64,000 nt of DNA from Narcine bancroftii (taxonomy: Eukaryota), in assembly GCF_036971445.1 (NCBI RefSeq), contig NC_091473.1, forward strand, positions 250,790,001-250,854,000, read 5' to 3'. The position numbers and the translations under genes are program-made. Below, in pieces: positions 59,560-64,000 of this stretch; the first letter of the stretch is position 1; each line of letters begins with the position of its first letter. The notes below the pieces were generated by a model. That model saw nothing but the letters and a program-made list of their open reading frames with translations. It made no database searches and had not been told where the DNA came from.

Positions 59560-60514
59560 TTAACATATATAACACATATATATAACATATATAACAATTA
59601 CAGCACAGAAACAGGCCATTAGGCCCTTCTAGTCCGCACCGAACCAAACACCCCTTTCTAGTCCCACCTCCCTGCACAATGCCCATAACCCTCCATCTTC
59701 TTCTCATCCATAGACCTGTCCAACCTTTTCTTAAATAATACAATTGACTCCGCCGCCACTATTTCTCCCGGAAGATCATTCCACACGGCTACCACTCTCT
59801 GAGTAAAGAAGTTCCTCCTCATGTTACCTCTAAACCTCTGCCCCTTAATTCTTAACTCACGTCCTCTTGTTTTAATCTTTCCTCCTCTTAACGGAAATAG
59901 TCTATCCACATCTATTCTGTCTATCCCTTTCATAATCTTAAATACTTCTATCAAATCCCCTCTCAACCTTCTACGCTCCAAAGAATAAAGAACTAATCTG
60001 TCCAATCTCTCCCTATACTCTAGATGCTTAAACCCAGGTAACATTCTGGTAAACCTTCTCTGCACTCTCTCCACTCTGTTTATATCCTTCCTATAATTAG
60101 GCGACCAGAACTGCACACAGAACTCCAAATTAGGCCACACCAACGTCTTATACAGTCTCAACATCACCTCCCAACTCCTATATTCCATGCAATGATTGAT
60201 AAAGGCCAGCATACTAAAAGCCTTCTTCACCACCCTATTCACGTGAGTTTCTACCTTCAGGGAACAATGTACCGTTACTCCTAAATCTTTCTGCTCTTCT
60301 GTATTCATCAATGCTCTCCCATTTACCACGTATGTCCTGTTCTGATTCTTCTTACCAAAATGAAGCACCTCACACTTATCAGCATTAAATTCCATCTGCC
60401 ATTTTTCAGCCCACTTTTCTAAGCAGCCCAAATCCCTCTGCAATCCTTGAAAACCTTCTTCACTATCCACTATTCCACCTATCTTAGTATCGTCTGCATA
60501 TTTACTAATCCAAT
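59560..60514 (-). mobile_element. Young 5'-truncated CR1 LINE with uninterrupted 270-aa ORF2 C-terminus
   Basis: ORF 59658-60470 has no stops; (TTATATATG)-like tail. Confidence 0.93.
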
Positions 60515-62419
60515 CCTCCTAAACCTTTGATCAGTTGTTTGCAGAAAGGTCATATTAATGGTATTTTTAAGAACGGCAGGCATCTGTCCATTTCTCATGA
60601 ATTTTAGATTAAGATGTCCAATTGCTTGGAGAGCGGAGAAAATGCAGAAGGCCTCTGTGAAAATGTGTGCTGAAGTTGGATGGGAGAGGCTTCTCAGAGA
60701 TGAAGGGAGTAGGAACAGGGTGAGAAGCAGTAGATGAAGTTGGGAGGGGAGACATGAAATCTAAGTACATGGGCTAAAAGGCCGATGCTGTTTCATAAAC
60801 TCTAGATTGAATGGTGTCATCAGAAACTGAAGCTGCACATGATCTTTCTGTTGAATCCCATCTGACCCTTATTCTCTGATTAATTTCACCAGGAAATCAG
60901 ACTTGATGTATCCAAAGTTCAACACCATGCATTGAACACACACACCTGTAGAGATTTAAGTCTGAAGTATGCAAGGTGAATCAATTTAGAATGACCTTTC
61001 AATAACAATAATATTTAATTTAGAATGCAATTGATGAAGAGGTAAATGGTTGCTCCATGATTGCCAATTTGGGGTATGTCACCAATCCACATCCAGGTAA
61101 TTGGATACTTGAGTTTCTTGTCTTAATCAGTGTTATAATTTTAATCTAAGCTCCTTGCCCAGCTGATCAATGATTGCTGAGAGACAGGATTGACCTGTAT
61201 GACATAGAGTCTTACATTTGAGTGATATTATAAAGATATGACGTACAAGTGTCAAACACACAGTCAGAGGCTGAGAATGAACTGAACCGGTACAATAGAG
61301 AGCCAGGAGGATGATAGGCCTGCATTTGTGCTAAGGTTGATAATGAATTGTGTTCGAAACTCCTTTGCAGCAATGAATATTCCCGATAGAAGCAACGCTA
61401 ACATCTGTATTTTTGCAAATCCTATTAGTTTTGTCAACTTGAACCCAGTATTAACTCAAAGAATTATGTTTTAAAATTACTGACTTTTAAAGGATGATTT
61501 CTGTGTTCAATGTATTCGAAATGAAAATATGATTTTCTTCATGTATTTTCTGGGGTACTAATGACAGGCAAGCTCACATTTTTTTAAACTCTAACTTTAC
61601 AGATGAAGAGCATTTCTACCCTCCAGGCACCGTTTTTTAAAAATCAATTTTCTGACCACTTTTCATGATTTAGTGACTGCTTTTTCTCTGCTCTCGTGAC
61701 AAAATTAAAATTCTACAAATACTTGCTTGGAGTATGGAGCTTTCCCTGCTAACAGCCATCACTCAGATGCATTCGGAAGTCACAGGTTAACTAAGCATTT
61801 GGCTTCACTAAGTGAGATTCCGGTCACATTTTAGATTTCGAGATCTTGCTTATTGTCACAGGTACCCAAGATGAATGAAAAGCTTTGTTTTGCATTAGAT
61901 CCAGGCATCACAAAAAAGTCACCACACAACTCAGCAGGTCTCACACCAGCATTAGGAGGTAAAGATTACTGCAATCACGGCGTTTGCAGACTTCCATGTT
62001 CCATATCTTTACCTCCCATGGGCACAGTGAGACCTGCTGAGTTCCTCCAGCAATTTTGTGTTTTCACTGCAATCACAGCATTTGCAGACTTCATCGCAAT
62101 CTAGTCACCCCTCTCTGACATAATGTTGGATTAAAAAATTTGCGGAAAACCACATGCAATAACTGACGTGATTACCTATAATGGCGGTCAAACCGGGTTT
62201 CCGATCCTTTCACAAGCACATCATTGACTCAGTAGAGCTCTGAAGGGACTGAGAGTTAATCTGATGTTCCTGTTGTGGTTGAAGCGCAGTTCCCATCACG
62301 GTCTTAATTCATTTTCTTTCTTTGTTTTTAGTGATGTGGTTTCCTGTGAGTGAAACTGGTGTTGGAGTCGTACTGCTGCTTCAAACAATTCTTGTGTGAA
62401 ATAGACAAGCAGAGAGAAT

Positions 62420-63385
62420 AGAGCACAGTACAGGCCCTTTGGCCCCCTGATGATGTGCCGACCCATATATTCCGTCCAAAAACCCTTCTTATCCCATAAC
62501 CCTCTATTTTACTTTCATCCACATGCCCATCTAAGAGTCTCTTAAATGCCCCTAATGTCTCAGTCTCTTCTACCACCTCCAGCAAGGCATTCCAAGCACC
62601 CACAACTCTTTGTGTAAAATAAAACTTGCCCCTGATCTCTCCCCTAAACTTTCCCCTCTTCACTTTGTACCTATCCCCTGGTGTTTGCTATTCCTGCCCT
62701 GGGAAAAAGGTGCTGGCTGTCCACCTTATCTATGTTTTTAAAAACCCTGTAGACCTCCAATAAGTCTCCTCTCATCCTTCTATGGTCCAAAGAGGAAAGT
62801 CCCAGCTCTGCTAAACTTGGCTCATAAGACTTATTTTCCAATCCAGGCAACATCCTGATCAATCTCCTCTGCACCATCTCCATAGCTTCCACATCCTTCC
62901 TATAATGAGGTGACCAGAACTGAACATAATACTCGAAGTGTGGTCTCACCAGAGATTTGTAGAGTTGCAACATGTCATCTCTACTCCTGAACTCAGTCCC
63001 CCTTACTAATGAAGCCCAACATCCCATATGCCTTCTTTGCTATCCTATCGATTTGTGTGGCAATCTTGAGAGATGCATGAATTTGGACCCCAAGGTCCTT
63101 CTATTCCTCCAAGTATCTGTCCATTAACCCTGACTTCTGCCTTCTGGTTTGACCTTCCAATAGTCATCACCTCACATTTATCCAGATTGAACTCCATCTG
63201 CCACTTTACTGCCCAACTCTGCATCCTGTCTATATCCTTTTGTAACCTACGACAACCTTCAGTGCCATCCACAACTCCTCCAACCTTCATACCATCCTCA
63301 CACTTGTTGACCCATCCTTCCACGTCTTCATCATCATGTATTAAAATCACAAAGAGCAGAGGTCCCCGAACAGATCCCCACGGAA
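62420..63385 (-). mobile_element. CR1 LINE fragment
   Basis: GSVRGPLLFVI, WQMEFNLDKCEV, LVRPHFEYYVQFWSPHY. Confidence 0.9.
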
Positions 63386-63576
63386 GACCTTGTCCCTGTT
63401 GTCTCTTTGCATTAAGTGCAAAGTTTTTCAAAGTTGTGCCATTGATAAATGACCCTGTAAAAACCCACCTTCTGCAAGTGTGCAGTTCTGGTCACTCAAC
63501 TGTAAGAAAAAAATGTCATTGGTGTGGAAAAAGTGCAGAAAAGATTTACAAGATGGTATTTAAATTTTTTAATTGA

Positions 63577-63815
63577 GACATACAGCACGTTAACAGGCCA
63601 TTTCGGCCCATGAGTCCAATTTGCTGCCAAATTTATACCCAATGTACCTACAACCACCGGTACATTTCAAATGGTGGGAGGAAACAAGAGCCCCCCATAA
63701 GACACGGGGAGAACATACAAACTCCTTACAGTCATCATGGGATACAAGCCCCAGTCCCAGTCTCTGGCATTGTAAGGGTGTTGCACTAACCACTACACCA
63801 ACTGGGTTGCCAACC
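63577..63815 (-). mobile_element. V-SINE inserted in a plus-strand CR1 fragment
   Basis: GACACGGGGAGAACATACAAACTCCTTACAG core; CR1 text at about 63460-63555 and 63820-63905. Confidence 0.75.
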
Positions 63816-64000
63816 GTGGGCACTGAAGGGTTTGAATTATAAGGAGGGGCTGTTAGGCTGGGTGTTTTTTTCCATAGAGCTGGGGGGCAGGTCCTTATGA
63901 GAAGCATACCTAAAGCATTTTTGGCTATGTCCCCCCCACCCCCAGGACTTTGCTCAAAATTTATGGCCCCTTCCCTGTGAAGTAGTCAAGTTTTGGTTTC

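Overview
Vertebrate genomic DNA whose repeat content (V-SINE/HE1-like SINEs, CR1, Rex1/Babar, RTE, Penelope, L1, Gypsy, hAT MITEs) points to a cartilaginous fish, probably a ray. The species cannot be fixed from sequence alone. Most ORFs in the supplied track are retroelement remnants or noise. Manual exon assembly (GT-AG sites, matching phases) gives two tandem plus-strand genes encoding single V-type Ig receptors of the CD300/pIgR/TREM-like class (KYWC-x7-C signature). Gene 1 (16863-21934, possible extra exon 25081-25162) has arginines at the start of its transmembrane segment and no cytoplasmic tyrosines, so it looks activating. Gene 2 (33951-55640) has an uncharged TM and three tyrosine motifs (VTYASV, MYANV, IEYSTI) resembling the CD300LF tail, so it looks inhibitory. 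Together they form a candidate activating/inhibitory receptor pair. The window also holds a nested L1/Gypsy/RTE insertion, two solo LTRs with TSDs, a composite hAT MITE that moved as a unit, two homogeneous minisatellites near gene 1, and an intronic hairpin. Repeat boundaries are approximate unless a TSD is quoted, and nothing was checked against databases.
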